NCBI GenBank assembly: GCA_022511025.1
Contig: JAFLSI010000001.1
Span: 1 to 58,842 of the forward strand
Direction of reading: 5' to 3'
Origin: Rikenella sp.
Lineage (GTDB): Bacteria; Bacteroidota; Bacteroidia; Bacteroidales; Rikenellaceae
DNA: 58,842 bases
This document shows, piece after piece, positions 30,451 to 39,115 of the stretch. Each line of letters begins with the position of its first letter. The stretch's first letter is position 1. The translations under genes were made by a program, and so were the position numbers. Under the pieces are notes generated by a model, which was not told the DNA's origin, made no database searches, and saw nothing but the letters and a program-made list of their open reading frames with translations.

Positions 30451-32946
30451 CTACTCCCGGACACAGCGGACCGAGTTCCCGTAGCCGTTGACGTCGCCGC
30501 CCCAGCAGCGAACACCGCTCATGTAGCTGTAGAGGTCGTGCATCCGCGTTTCGTCCATCCGGGTCGTCGTCCAGAGCAAAGAGGCCCGGCCGGAATACTT
30601 GACAATACCGTCCGGCTCGCGAAAACCGGAATGAGGATACCAGCACGTCATCCCCGAAGTACCGAAACAGTAGAAATGATAGCCCGAATCCGGATGACTC
30701 GCTGTTTCTTTCTCCACCGCATTCGGAATACCACCTCCAAAGCCAGTGTTCGGCTCCAGCACAAAATTGTACCACGGACTTGCTTTCTCTTTCCCTCCGC
30801 GCGGCACCCGCCAACCTGCCGGGCAGGGGTCGAACAGCGTCTTCACCTCGTCCTGCCACAAGGCATCGTTGTTCGGAGAGGTCCAGTTTCGATTCGACGT
30901 TACGAGCACGAAATAGAACGTGCCGGGGTTGCGAATCGCAGAAAAAATGGTATTCCCCAAATCCATCGAATTTACCTTGCGAACCCCCAAATCGCCCTTG
31001 TCGGTATTCCCGGCTGCCGCACCGTCGATCGTATTGTAAGAGGTCCAAGCCGTAATCGAACGGGACTCCGTGTCGTTGTTGTAAGCCGGCACATAGAAAG
31101 TCGCTCCGTTCCCGCTCCCATTCAAGCCGTCTCGGCTCCCCACGAACGGATCCTTCCGGCCCCACTGATACAGAAGCCCGTACGAAGCAACCCCCGGCGA
31201 AGCCGACATCGCCCCTAAGTTCCGGTCCATAATCGGATGTTTCACACCCCCCGAAATCGACTCCGTCCCCGGATCGTTGTTCAGCCACCCCGTATAGGTA
31301 TGCACCGCAGCCTTTCCGTCGTTCCCCGTACCAGCCACCGAAGAACCCGGAACGGTGCCCGGTTCGCGCGAACTGTTCGCATCCCCCGGCTGGTAAGAGG
31401 TTACCCACAAATGCCACGTCCAAACCGTCTGATTATCCCAATTCGCCCCGGCAGCCGTTTTCGCCCGCCGCAAACGGATGATGCAGTTCCCCGCCGCATG
31501 GCCATTGGCACGAACCCGAATGACATCCCGGCGATTCGTAATAATCGGATTTTCAATGATAACCAACGGCTTCACCCCATTGACAGCCGTGCCGTCCGCC
31601 CCCGAAGCATTCGTATCCTGCCAAGCGATTTCAGCAATCCACACCCGTTTGTCCGCCATCTCCGGCAAAGAGTCCGCCGGGTTGTAAACCGGAGCCGTAA
31701 CCACCCACGAAGCCGTCGACGGGCCGTTGTAATTCTCCTGCGCCTCCGTACCACCTTGGTACGCAGTCCCGCTGGTCAACCCGTACAGCGCAGCCATCGC
31801 CGGCGTATAAATCTCATTGGCCCGTTTCACCGGAATGTAGGTCGGAGTCGTCGTCCCCGGCACGATCATATAGCAGTTGGCCAACGGAGCATCCTGCACC
31901 GTAATCTCCACCCGCTCGTCCCCCGCCACCTCGAAGTCGTTGACCGTGCAGGTGATCGTGTAGATCTTGTTCCGCTCTATGTTGAAATTGTCGGTCATGT
32001 TCGACCCTAAATAGACCTTCATCGTAGCCAATTTTTTCTGCCCCAGCGCGACCCGTTCGGCCTGGATCTCGACATAGGTGCAGAAATCGCCCAACGCACC
32101 CGGCACCTTTTTCAACCGGTCGCTGTTCGTGATCGTCCCGCGCACGTTGTCCGGAACGAACCAGTTCTGCTGCGCCGTAACTCCGGCCGTCGCCGCAACA
32201 TTCTCGAAATTGGCCGCCACAGCCTCCGGATAGGTCGCCGTCCCCGCAGCCGGCAAGGCAAAATAGATATTTTTCGGTCGGTTGACCAACCGAACCGACG
32301 TAATGGTGTACTTTTCAGCCGCCGTGGTATTCGCTCCGAGTTTGGCTGTAAAGAGGATCTGAGCCACCACGCGCTTCAGTTTGATCCCCGTACGGGTGAA
32401 GAACTTGCCGTTGGAGTAGATGTCGGCCGTAACCTCGTCGCTGCACAGCGGGATTCCGGCCGCCGTCGTCATGTTCGGCGCTGTGTCCAACGTCCCGGCC
32501 AACGTCCGGAAATCGTCAATGGTTTTTCCGGCCAAGGCGGTCGAAAAATCGGTCGTGTTGTGCATCGCCGCCACCACATAGAGGCGCTGGCTCTTGCCGC
32601 CCCGCAAAACCGGAGTCAGGTTGGCCCCGACCGCCAAAGTAGGCGTCTTGTGAGCCGTTACGAAATTCCCGGCCGCGTCGAACTGGATCACCCACACGTT
32701 GGTCAACGCAACGGAAGCCTTCGTCGCCTCCGGATCGACCGCTGCGGACGAGAAGACCACCTTCATCGCCTCGCTCTCATACACTTTGGTCGCTTCGCCT
32801 CCCTCGACAGCCGAAGCCGCCTCTTCGACCGTAAAGCCCAATTCAACCTGAACCGGATCGCCTGTGCCTCCGAATCCTTCGTCGATTCTTTTCGTGCAGG
32901 ATGCCAGCAGAAGGGCTGCCGAACATAATGCAATCTGTTTTTTCAT
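30451..32946 (-). CDS. Type V pilus tip lipoprotein: DUF4906-like pilin region plus C-terminal lectin-like domain; candidate DGR target
   Basis: Lipobox LLASC (ATG 32946), WFVPDNVRG, YLGSN..NFNIERN, ANCY, WTWHLWVT, MDRNLGA, GLLYQWGRKDPF, DPCPAGWRVP, ends GNSVRCVRE. Confidence 0.8.
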   Translation of the reverse strand: MKKQIALCSAALLLASCTKRIDEGFGGTGDPVQVELGFTVEEAASAVEGGEATKVYESEAMKVVFSSAAVDPEATKASVALTNVWVIQFDAAGNFVTAHKTPTLAVGANLTPVLRGGKSQRLYVVAAMHNTTDFSTALAGKTIDDFRTLAGTLDTAPNMTTAAGIPLCSDEVTADIYSNGKFFTRTGIKLKRVVAQILFTAKLGANTTAAEKYTITSVRLVNRPKNIYFALPAAGTATYPEAVAANFENVAATAGVTAQQNWFVPDNVRGTITNSDRLKKVPGALGDFCTYVEIQAERVALGQKKLATMKVYLGSNMTDNFNIERNKIYTITCTVNDFEVAGDERVEITVQDAPLANCYMIVPGTTTPTYIPVKRANEIYTPAMAALYGLTSGTAYQGGTEAQENYNGPSTASWVVTAPVYNPADSLPEMADKRVWIAEIAWQDTNASGADGTAVNGVKPLVIIENPIITNRRDVIRVRANGHAAGNCIIRLRRAKTAAGANWDNQTVWTWHLWVTSYQPGDANSSREPGTVPGSSVAGTGNDGKAAVHTYTGWLNNDPGTESISGGVKHPIMDRNLGAMSASPGVASYGLLYQWGRKDPFVGSRDGLNGSGNGATFYVPAYNNDTESRSITAWTSYNTIDGAAAGNTDKGDLGVRKVNSMDLGNTIFSAIRNPGTFYFVLVTSNRNWTSPNNDALWQDEVKTLFDPCPAGWRVPRGGKEKASPWYNFVLEPNTGFGGGIPNAVEKETASHPDSGYHFYCFGTSGMTCWYPHSGFREPDGIVKYSGRASLLWTTTRMDETRMHDLYSYMSGVRCWGGDVNGYGNSVRCVRE

Positions 32947-32981
32947 ATCTATTTTCAGTTTGTTTCTCAGATCATTCGTAG

Positions 32982-35129
32982 TTATTCTTTCACACACCGG
33001 ACGGCATACCCGTTCGCCCGTCCCGCCGCTGCAGGCAGCAGCACCGGATTTTCGATGCTCCAGGCCGTCGACGAAGTTCCGCTCACCGTGGTCGACCAGT
33101 GGCCGCCCCGCACCGCTCCGTCGGTAACGGCTCCGGTGGTCGCCGAGCGGTAGCCCTGAGCCGGATACCAGGCCGGACCCGCCAGCACGATATTCCAGAG
33201 CTGCACACCGGTATTGCCCGCTCCATGCGTCGCCTCCCAGAGGGCATTGGCCGTCGTTACATTCTCCCATACCGCCCGCCGCGGTACACGCCATCCCACC
33301 GGACACGGGTCGAAAAGGCTCTTCTCCCCGTCCTGCCACAGCGCATCGTCCCGTGCCGTCCAGTCCTGGTCCGCACCGTTCACATAGAAGGTCATCGGAT
33401 TCACAATCGCGTTGTAGACATTGATCACCCCCGAACCGGCCGCCACTTTCGGCAGATCGGCCTCAGTCGCCACCCGGAAACCCTCCCCGTCGGGAATATA
33501 CCACGGACGTGTCGCCGTTCCGCTGCCGGCAGCGCCGATGAACGGGTCTTTGCGCCCCCACTGGTAGAGAAGCCCCCAGCAATCGCTCCCGTACGGCCCG
33601 GAGAGGGCGCCCAAATTCCGATCCATGATGTATTTGTCGTTGTTCCGCATCCAACCGGTGTACTGGTGCACCTCGCCGACCGGCAGATCGCCGGCATAGT
33701 CCGTTACCGGATCATAATCGGTAATCCAGAGGTGCCAGCTCCAGACAATCGTTTCGTCGCTCCGGCGGCGCAACCCGATCACACAGTTCCCGGCCTCCCC
33801 GGTCGGTCGCAAAACGATCTCGTCGCCCCGTGTCTGAACCGTTCCCTGCGTTATCTCGACCAATTTCGCCCCCTTGTCCTGCCACAGCACCACCGCATCC
33901 CACTGACGTTCGGCATCGGCGACGGCCGGCAGCGAGTCGCGCTGCCGGTATCCGGCGACGCTCAGCAGCCCGTACCGGTCGCAGAAAGCATTGCGATAGA
34001 TTTCGTTCACCCGCAGCACGGGAATACGCACCTCCCGGTCGGTGGCTGCCGGATGGACCAAATAACAGTTCGAGAAACGGCTTCCTCCCATCTCCGCCTC
34101 TCCGGTCTCGGTCTCCAAAGCCTCATCCTCTACGCCCAGTTCACCGCCGCCGTCGAGTACCGCAATCCGCATATCGACCACATTGGCCCCTTTGATCACC
34201 GCTTCGATCCGGTAGATCGTATTCCGTTTCAGGTTGTAGTCTTTGACCGGGTCGGCCCCAAGATAGAGACGGTAGGACAACTCCAGCGTCTGGCCCTCTT
34301 TCGTGTAATCGCCAACCAATTCTATGCAGGTAGCCTTGTCCCCTCCGGAAGCCAGTGCAACGGCGGTCTTTTGCGAGGCAATCTCGGCCGTCCCCGTTCC
34401 GCGTCTGTTTTCCGGCACATACCAGGTCTGCGTTCCGGGCTGTTCCGCCGTCGGTTGCACCGCGACATTCACGACCGGATAATCGCCGAAAGCGGCTGAA
34501 ACGGCCGGATAACCCTCCCCGGCTTCGGCATACGACATCACTTGCGGCACGTTCCGCAGTTGGACGGTCTTGAGGGTGAAAGCGACATGCCGGTCGGCCG
34601 CATCGGGAATATCGACCCAGTAGCTCAGTTCGATTTTGGCCACGGCCCGCTTCATGACCACCGAGGCTTGCGTTCGGCCGGCTACCACATCGCCTCGATA
34701 CTCGCCGTACATCACCACGGCATCGCCGGCGGTCAGAGCCGCCTCGTCCGCCACCTCTCGGGTCAACGCCCGGCACTGCGCCAAGGTCCCGGAAAAGGTG
34801 CTGAACGGCGCCGCGTTGTCCACATTGGCGACGAAAACGACCGTCTGATCCGATCCGGAGGTCAAGTCGATCGCCAGTTTGTTGTCGGCCACGACCCCGG
34901 ACTTATAGACATACTTCACGAAATTTCCTGCCGCATCGAACTGAAGAACAGCTACATTCGCCATCGTATTTTCCTGTACGGCGGTCAATTTCGTCTGCTT
35001 CCTATCGAACGATCCGGGGTTCAGCTCGAAAACGGTCCGGCCCTCTCCGCAGCCTCCCAACCCGTCGTTCCGTGTGCAGGATACTCCCCACACACCGGCA
35101 GTCAACAAGAGTAAAATGATCTTTTTCAT
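32982..35129 (-). CDS. Type V pilus tip lipoprotein (DUF4906-like plus lectin-like C-domain), paralog of downstream gene
   Basis: Lipobox GVSC, WYVPENRRG, YRLYLGAD..YNLKRN, WSWHLWIT, MDRNLGA, YQWGRKDPF, DPCPVGWRVP, GYAVRCVKE. Confidence 0.8.
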   Translation of the reverse strand: MKKIILLLLTAGVWGVSCTRNDGLGGCGEGRTVFELNPGSFDRKQTKLTAVQENTMANVAVLQFDAAGNFVKYVYKSGVVADNKLAIDLTSGSDQTVVFVANVDNAAPFSTFSGTLAQCRALTREVADEAALTAGDAVVMYGEYRGDVVAGRTQASVVMKRAVAKIELSYWVDIPDAADRHVAFTLKTVQLRNVPQVMSYAEAGEGYPAVSAAFGDYPVVNVAVQPTAEQPGTQTWYVPENRRGTGTAEIASQKTAVALASGGDKATCIELVGDYTKEGQTLELSYRLYLGADPVKDYNLKRNTIYRIEAVIKGANVVDMRIAVLDGGGELGVEDEALETETGEAEMGGSRFSNCYLVHPAATDREVRIPVLRVNEIYRNAFCDRYGLLSVAGYRQRDSLPAVADAERQWDAVVLWQDKGAKLVEITQGTVQTRGDEIVLRPTGEAGNCVIGLRRRSDETIVWSWHLWITDYDPVTDYAGDLPVGEVHQYTGWMRNNDKYIMDRNLGALSGPYGSDCWGLLYQWGRKDPFIGAAGSGTATRPWYIPDGEGFRVATEADLPKVAAGSGVINVYNAIVNPMTFYVNGADQDWTARDDALWQDGEKSLFDPCPVGWRVPRRAVWENVTTANALWEATHGAGNTGVQLWNIVLAGPAWYPAQGYRSATTGAVTDGAVRGGHWSTTVSGTSSTAWSIENPVLLPAAAGRANGYAVRCVKE

Positions 35130-35181
35130 ACCCTGATTCTATCTCGAACTTTTAGAAAAATCCCTGGCCTCTGTTTTGCGG

Positions 35182-36246
35182 CTAAAAAGGAGCGACGCCT
35201 TCGTCCCCCAAACCGGTGCTCCACTCCGCTTCCGTCCATTCGGCCAGTACGATGGCGTTCGACGGATCGCCTCCGACCTCCAGATCGGTCATCGCGTTGC
35301 GCGTCCACGGCAGCAGCTCGAACAGGGTCAGCACGGCGCCGCCGTCCTTCACCGTTACATTGAACAGATAACGGTTACCGGGCACGAGCTGACGGCTGCT
35401 GACCGTCGCCGTATAAGTTTTGTAGAGGGCGTCGTTGATCAAGAGATGAAAGGTCAGTTTGAGATCGTCGTCCGGCGAAACATTCGCTTCGCGAGGCAGT
35501 ACCGTGTCCAATGCGGCGGTCGTGTATGCGTCGACCTGCGTAAAACGGGAGCCGGGCAGTTCGGAAACACCGCTGTAGGCGGTACCGGCTACGGCCACAT
35601 CGCCGCCCAAGGTATAAACGGCCGGAGAGGCGGCTAACTTTTCGATCCGCACGCCGGCTTCCTGCATCGCCACCGAAAATACGGTGTTGGCATCGGCTTT
35701 CCGGGTTACGGTAAAGTGCAATTGGGATCCCTTGTGGGTAAAGAGAAGATCGACGTTGGTCCGACGACCGGCCAAACGTTTCGTAACGGCTGCCGTGGCG
35801 ATAAAATCGGTCCCGTGAGCCACGGAAAGGGTGGGCCGCGCTGTCATCGCTACAGCCGGGGCATAGGCGTAAAAATCATAATCGCCACCGCCCAACTCCA
35901 TGGGTGTGCCGTTGGGGTCGGTTACGACACCGGCCGCATCGGTCTCGCAGGGCAAAAACGAGCCGTCGCTGAGAATACGATAGGTTTTCTCGGTAACATA
36001 ACGGTCCACAACTGGATTCGGAACCGCCGCCGCACGCTTGTATGCAAAAACGCGTACGGTCGTACCTTGAGGGAGATTGATGTCTGTTTTGGTCGCTGTC
36101 GGTTGCAGTTCCCATCCGGTGGCCGAGAAGTCCACGGAACAGGTTTGCCCGTCCGTTTCGCTCCGGTCGAACGACAACTCGCGCTGGCAGCTCCAAATGC
36201 CGAACATGCCGCCGATCGACAGCATTACAGCAAAGAAACGCTTCAT
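35182..36246 (-). CDS. Fimbrillin-family lipoprotein (BF2992-like) with extended C-terminus
   Basis: Lipobox IWSC, LPQGTTVRV, YDFYAYAPA, GNRYLFNV, two Trp-containing C-terminal strand motifs. Confidence 0.75.
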   Translation of the reverse strand: MKRFFAVMLSIGGMFGIWSCQRELSFDRSETDGQTCSVDFSATGWELQPTATKTDINLPQGTTVRVFAYKRAAAVPNPVVDRYVTEKTYRILSDGSFLPCETDAAGVVTDPNGTPMELGGGDYDFYAYAPAVAMTARPTLSVAHGTDFIATAAVTKRLAGRRTNVDLLFTHKGSQLHFTVTRKADANTVFSVAMQEAGVRIEKLAASPAVYTLGGDVAVAGTAYSGVSELPGSRFTQVDAYTTAALDTVLPREANVSPDDDLKLTFHLLINDALYKTYTATVSSRQLVPGNRYLFNVTVKDGGAVLTLFELLPWTRNAMTDLEVGGDPSNAIVLAEWTEAEWSTGLGDEGVAPF

Positions 36247-36463
36247 ATTGCCTGTGCTATTTTACGATTTCATGCACCGAAAACTTGCCGAAGGAAGACG
36301 CGTTCCCGGTACACCTGCTTATTGGGTGGTATATAGTGAAAGTCTTGCGTTATGCGTCAACCGTGCGCTGAAGGAAAACGCCCGTCCGACGAACCGCAGA
36401 CTTCGATTTGTCAAATTTTAATGTGTGTGTAAAAAACGGTTTCTCTCTGCAAACCCTACTGCA

Positions 36464-36471
36464 CAAATGTA
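36464..36471 (-). promoter_or_regulatory. Internal -7 promoter box (TACATTTG) for distal pilus genes
   Basis: TAnnTTTG directly after a terminator-like hairpin, ~220 nt upstream of ATG 36246. Confidence 0.5.
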
Positions 36472-36473
36472 AT

Positions 36474-36541
36474 AAAAAACCGGGGTGATTGTTCAATCGC
36501 ATGTCCGTTTCCGTCCCGATCAAGCCCTCACCCCCGATTTT
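36474..36541 (-). terminator. Terminator-like hairpin after pilin 36596-37657
   Basis: Minus strand aaatcgggggtga...tcaccccggtttttt, long internal loop. Confidence 0.5.
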
Positions 36542-36595
36542 CGTCTGAAAAACTAAACTGCACATGCCCCCTCTCTACAAAACCCCCTCTCCTCG

Positions 36596-37657
36596 CTATT
36601 GCAGTTCGATGTCTCCACCGTCCACTTCGTTCCAATCGGTAACCTGACCCGTAAAGGTAACTTCCGATTTGCCGAGTTTCAAGGTGTACTTGTAGTTCTT
36701 GCCTGCCTCCAAACCGTTGGCCAAGGCAGCATCCCCCGTCAGCGTATCCGTGGTTTTGATCGTTGCGGCATAGGTCTGGGCGCTGGTACCGTCATGGTAG
36801 ACGATTTCGACGGTAATCCCGTCGGTTTTCAACCCGGCATCCGTCGACGGTGCCACGTAACCGATCGCTTCAACGAATGCACCGGAACCTGCATCAGGCT
36901 TGTCGGTGCCCTTCAGCGACATTTTGGTCGAAGCGTTGAGCACCCCGTCGCCCGACGGCGTACCGGTCAACAAATCCAGTTTGTAGGTTTTGTAAAACCC
37001 GGTCGAAGCCCCGTAAACGCTGATCGAAACGATACCGGTCCCCGTACCGCCCTCCTGCATGGAGATGCCGTCGCTGGAAACATCCCCGTCGCCGACAATC
37101 GCAAAGGTCAATTTGGCCACCTTGTAATTGAAGGCCAATTCCTGCGATACGATCGGATTCGGACGTGCGATATCCTCTAACTTAGCCCACGCAAAAGCGT
37201 AGTCGGGAGCGGCTGTTTGATCGGCCAAATCCTGTGTCAAAGCATAGTTGGACACAGCGGTCGAGCTGTAAGGGAAATAGCTGGCAAACGAGAGGTTGCT
37301 GTTGGGCGTGCCGCTCGCCGGCCAAAAGAGCTGCGGCGACGATGCGTTTTCCTTGAATACCGACACGGCTGAGTTCCATGTGTATTCCAAGTTGTTGGCA
37401 TTGCTCCACAAAGCAGCCGGTGCGGTTGCCGCCGTAGCCGGAACGGTTGCCGCTTTGAAAGCGTAGACCCCCAAGTGGGTATCCGTCGGCAAAGCACTCG
37501 TCGCCTTAGACGGAGTCAACTCGACATTGGTAACAGCACCGAAAGCGATCGGTGCGGTCGCGTCCGGCATAACCGGCACAACCAGTTGTTCGAGCGGCCT
37601 TTTGTTGCAACCGACCGCCACAAGAGCCATGACAGCCAGTATTGAAACTTTATTCAT
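36596..37657 (-). CDS. Fimbrillin (Mfa1-like) lipoprotein
   Basis: Lipobox AVGC, LGVYAF, SFASYFPY, GKNYKYTLKL, C-terminal donor strand VTDW. Confidence 0.8.
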   Translation of the reverse strand: MNKVSILAVMALVAVGCNKRPLEQLVVPVMPDATAPIAFGAVTNVELTPSKATSALPTDTHLGVYAFKAATVPATAATAPAALWSNANNLEYTWNSAVSVFKENASSPQLFWPASGTPNSNLSFASYFPYSSTAVSNYALTQDLADQTAAPDYAFAWAKLEDIARPNPIVSQELAFNYKVAKLTFAIVGDGDVSSDGISMQEGGTGTGIVSISVYGASTGFYKTYKLDLLTGTPSGDGVLNASTKMSLKGTDKPDAGSGAFVEAIGYVAPSTDAGLKTDGITVEIVYHDGTSAQTYAATIKTTDTLTGDAALANGLEAGKNYKYTLKLGKSEVTFTGQVTDWNEVDGGDIELQ

Positions 37658-37767
37658 TATTCGCGTTGTTCAGTTTGCGTAACTGAGTTTTACCGGTCTG
37701 CCAAGAGGCCGCAGGCCACAGCCAACGGCCCCTTTCGACAAACTCGGTTATTTTTTTGCAGGACAGA

Positions 37768-38958
37768 TTACTCTGCCGGGATTTCAGTCGAGCTGTTGTC
37801 TACCAAGCCCCAGTCTTCGATCGTCCCGGTAAATTCAACCGCGGTTTTCTTGATCGTAATCTTGAACTTGTATTCTTTACCAGCCTCAATCTTGTCAAGA
37901 TAGTTCGTACCGCCACTGACATTTTCACCCGTAGAGGATTTATCCAACTTAGCCGTGAAAACCTGCGCAGTGCTACCAGCCCCTAAGGTAAAACGAATCT
38001 GGGCATTTTCAATACCCGTAGTCGGAATCAGATAGCCCGTTACAGCCGAAGTGGTGGTCGGACCGCTCGTCGTTTTGGTCAAGTTCTGGAATTTATAGCT
38101 TTTAGCCGTGGTACTCGTACCCGTACCGTCCAAGTTAGTTCCAGTAGCCGTAACTACCGTTGCAGGATCATCGGATGCTTTGGTCAAGTCGAACGTGAAC
38201 CCTTGGGTCAAACCAGTGTTTGCAAACAATTCGATAGAGTTAATCTCCGTTACCGAACCAGCCGTTTCATCCATTGAGATATCCAAGCTCAACTTGGCTA
38301 CCGCATGTTTGAATTCCAATTTCACGGCAGGCGTGGTTCCGCCATTCGTAGCCGCTTTATCCTCCGTACTGTAGTAGGCATACATGATCGGCCCCGGATA
38401 AGCTACTCCTGTGGTAGGAACCCAATTACCCGATGAAGCAGGTGTTTCCGTAAACAAACTTGTTTGGTTGCACCAACTAGTAGTCGATTCAGTAAAAGTA
38501 TAGCTTGAACTTACTTCTTTCCCACCTTGTTCCTGGGTCGGATAGAAAGCGTAGTAGTTATACCCTTGCCCACCCGGCAGATAGTAGATGGTTTCGTCAG
38601 TTGTATTCGGTGTGAAAGTAGCCAGATACGGAACAGGGTCGCTATCACCAGCTACCGAAGTTACTTTGTATTTTTTCTTTTTGTATTGAAGAGCAGCATT
38701 GGTCGGGAATGCATCACTTTCACTGAGTTTTTTCCCGTTGAGCACAGCATATACCCCAATTACATCATCCTCTTGAAAAATTGTCCCTTGAGGATTGGAC
38801 GGGTTAGTCGTTACTTTCGACGGAGTAATAGCAGTCCCTTCGCTGGAGAAACGAACGGCGTTCGGCTCCAAGCCCGGTTCCTTGATCGTCTCGATCGGTC
38901 GTTTGGAACAGCTGACTGCTGCCAGTGCTGCAGCGGCCAAAAGAAGTGTCTTTTTCAT
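37768..38958 (-). CDS. Fimbrillin (Mfa1-like), probable major pilin, low-GC core
   Basis: Lipobox AVSC, IGVYA, YYAFYP, FKHAVAKL, AGKEYKFKI, TIEDW; long A-rich leader. Confidence 0.8.
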   Translation of the reverse strand: MKKTLLLAAAALAAVSCSKRPIETIKEPGLEPNAVRFSSEGTAITPSKVTTNPSNPQGTIFQEDDVIGVYAVLNGKKLSESDAFPTNAALQYKKKKYKVTSVAGDSDPVPYLATFTPNTTDETIYYLPGGQGYNYYAFYPTQEQGGKEVSSSYTFTESTTSWCNQTSLFTETPASSGNWVPTTGVAYPGPIMYAYYSTEDKAATNGGTTPAVKLEFKHAVAKLSLDISMDETAGSVTEINSIELFANTGLTQGFTFDLTKASDDPATVVTATGTNLDGTGTSTTAKSYKFQNLTKTTSGPTTTSAVTGYLIPTTGIENAQIRFTLGAGSTAQVFTAKLDKSSTGENVSGGTNYLDKIEAGKEYKFKITIKKTAVEFTGTIEDWGLVDNSSTEIPAE

Positions 38959-39115
38959 AGCTTTTGTTTGGTTGTTTTGTTTGTTAATCTTTTTCTTTCC
39001 AAATGCTCCGGAAAATTCCGGAATCTGTTGCTTGTGCTTTTTTTGGTTTGTATGTTGGTTTTGTTTAAGGGCTTTTTTATCTGTAACGGCCCAATGGCCA
39101 TAACAATCTCCTCGC

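Noticed and set aside
32947-33339. 131-aa N-terminal extension of the 30451 tip gene
   Set aside because: Overlaps the upstream gene in another frame; the signal peptide and lipobox begin at ATG 32946
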